Below are positions 62,111 to 64,000 of a stretch of 64,000 nucleotides of DNA, piece by piece. The translations under genes and the position numbers were made by a program. Positions within the stretch are counted from its first letter, which is position 1. Every line of letters starts with the position of its first letter. The stretch is from Podarcis gaigeae (taxonomy: Eukaryota): NCBI GenBank assembly GCA_964106915.2, contig OZ066918.1. One strand, written 5' to 3'. The notes under the pieces are model-generated. The model was not told where the DNA came from, ran no database searches, and worked only from the letters and a program-made list of their open reading frames with translations.

Positions 62111-63607
62111 GGTTCTGTGGGGTAGATGAAGCAGAACTCAGGGGGTGCTGTGCAAGGACTTGGGTGGTATGCAAGAAACATCTGGGGACCCACATCTACT
62201 CGGGGACCCTTAAGACAATAATAGTCTGGCACCAAATTAGTGGGAGCTAGTGACACTGACTTGGGACAATATTCCTCACACCACCGTGCTTTCTTAGCCA
62301 TAAAATGGCCAAGTGGATTTCATCACTCCCACAGCAGCCCACCATCCATACTCTGGAAACCTGGATGGTGAAATGAAGGACACGCATGTGACAACGCAGT
62401 CAAAGGGAAGTAGTCAGCCTAGAGGAAATTCAGGAAGAGAAGGGGAAGTCTGGTAAGAACTGAAGCAGAGAATGGCATTATGCAGCATTGGAATCTGGAA
62501 CGTAGCATTTAGCAATGCACTACAGACACAAGAGGTTCAGGCTTTAAATGTAGGATTGGGCACCTCCTGGTTGGAGAAACAACTCCTGCATTCCTTGGTA
62601 GATAGCTTAGCAGGGCCTGGAGGTGGTTCAGCCCAGGCTTGGGATGTTAACAGCCTAGTCTGATAGGCCTGGGTCTGCCTCACTTCTTCCTCCATATGGT
62701 TCCCCCCCCCCCCAGGGAGCAGCAATTTTTCATCTGAGGAGGACTCCTCTAGCAGAGGCATGACAGAAGGCATGAAGGGAAATGATGCAAAAGACCACTA
62801 ATAATCACATCCCCCTCTTCCTGAATAAGGGTAGCTTAATTTTCATGCCCAAATTTAAAGCTAAAAAAAAAATATCTGTGCAACCTTAATTTTTAATTGC
62901 TTTCACCCTAGCACCCTGCTCAACATGCTGACATCACCACACCATGTATTTAAGCTAATTCCATGTAGATAAATAGAGATGGTTCACATACACCATACAT
63001 CCCCACCCCCACCTTCCCACACACTCCCTCCCACCCTCACATCCCACAACTAGAAACTGATGTGAAGCCAAAGTACTCCTTTCTTATTTAACTCTCATGG
63101 ACCACTCTTCTAAAGAATAGATCAAGCAGGTTGAAGCGTATGTGGGTTACATTTCCTGCTCCTATTTCCAGGTATAGTTTATAATCTCAGGAGCCAGGTG
63201 CTTCTGGAAACCAATCAAAGCATTCTGATAAAACTGCAAATTAGAGCAAACGACAGTATATATGTCATCCCAGTGAGAGATGAAGAATGCTAGTTGATCA
63301 GCACTTCCAAGGAACTGTCTACACAAGTTGTGTCTGGTCAGGCAATAGCAAAAGATAGACTGAATACTTCACTTCTGTGGTTTTTCAATGGCTTACACTT
63401 TTCAGAATGGCTCCTTTTTGGTTAATACAGGACATACATATTCCACTTTTCTCCAGAATTACTTTTTTTTGCTGAACACAATTCACATGCCTTTCATGGA
63501 AGATGGCCTTATGTTTCAGGGACATCACTCCTACACTCCCCCGTATTAGAAATATAAGACCTGAGAAAATATGACACTTTGCACAGATGGCAATCTCAAT
63601 AGCTGTG
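62111..63607 (+). repeat. Direct duplication, copy B (carries about 450 bp of extra sequence at about 62400-62850)
   Basis: Collinear with 57789-58788. Confidence 0.9.
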
Positions 63608-63907
63608 TATGTTCAGTGTGGACAAACATATTGTAGACAGTATAGAATACAGAATAAGCTTCTCTCTCCAGTCTTCTTCACAGCCCCTGACCTATTGTGT
63701 CCTAGAACCTGGTGTCCAGTCTTAGTTTTCATTTGCCTGCAGCTCTCCTGCCTCAGTTCACAAGTCCATGCCTGGCTCCCATGTTGCTGGGAACTGGACA
63801 CAATTCCAGCACTGGCACATTCATCCAAAAAACAGCAACTAAAACTTAAATAAGCAGCAAATGCATCAAAATTACATCCACCCACCAACTCTCAGCTGCC
63901 TTGAGTT

Positions 63908-63980
63908 CACAGAATCATGAATTGGGAGAGACATTGGGGGCCATCAAATCTAACCCCATGGTCAATGCATGAATCTTCTG
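63908..63980 (-). mobile_element. 3' fragment of the same CR1-tailed SINE family
   Basis: agaatcat...gggccatcaaatctaacccc...caatgcatgaatctt resembles the reverse complement of the 36300-36390 tail. Confidence 0.45.
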
Positions 63981-64000
63981 GGTACATCAGGAATGGGGAA

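Noticed and set aside
54000-64000. Canonical KCNIP2 exon 1 (MRGQGRKESLS...DGSYDQLT type)
   Set aside because: Not found by eye in the window; probably further upstream.
1-64000. CRISPR arrays, operons, retrons or other prokaryotic systems
   Set aside because: The sequence is clearly vertebrate with spliceosomal introns; there is no repeat-spacer array, and the only reverse transcriptase is a LINE.

Overview
Vertebrate (eukaryotic) genomic DNA, very probably from a squamate reptile; the Sauria-SINE variant suggests a lacertid lizard (inference). It holds two intron-containing genes, both on the minus strand and in the same order and orientation as human OGA-KCNIP2. (1) OGA/MGEA5 (O-GlcNAcase): coding exons 1-15 at 21155..996, with a CpG-island promoter at about 20560-21900; the last exon lies left of the window. 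(2) KCNIP2 (KChIP2): the transmembrane/KISD-type alternative first exon (53605-53707) plus 8 downstream coding exons ending at the stop codon at 29687; the canonical first exon was not found and probably lies right of the window. All exon boundaries were read by hand; splice phases chain correctly, with one GC-AG intron in KCNIP2. The rest is intronic or intergenic DNA with a young 5'-truncated L2 LINE (781-codon uninterrupted ORF), CR1 fragments, several SINE families, Tc1/mariner-pogo and hAT MITEs, and microsatellites. No prokaryotic-type system is present, and I cannot demonstrate a wholly new biological system. The best leads are: a cluster of CpG-retaining cryptic, decoy or poison exons in OGA introns 10-11 (a possible O-GlcNAc feedback splicing module); a candidate unannotated KCNIP2 first exon and cassette exon flanking an RE1-like site; and a roughly 1 kb duplication upstream of the KCNIP2 TM exon with near-identical motif-rich cores.
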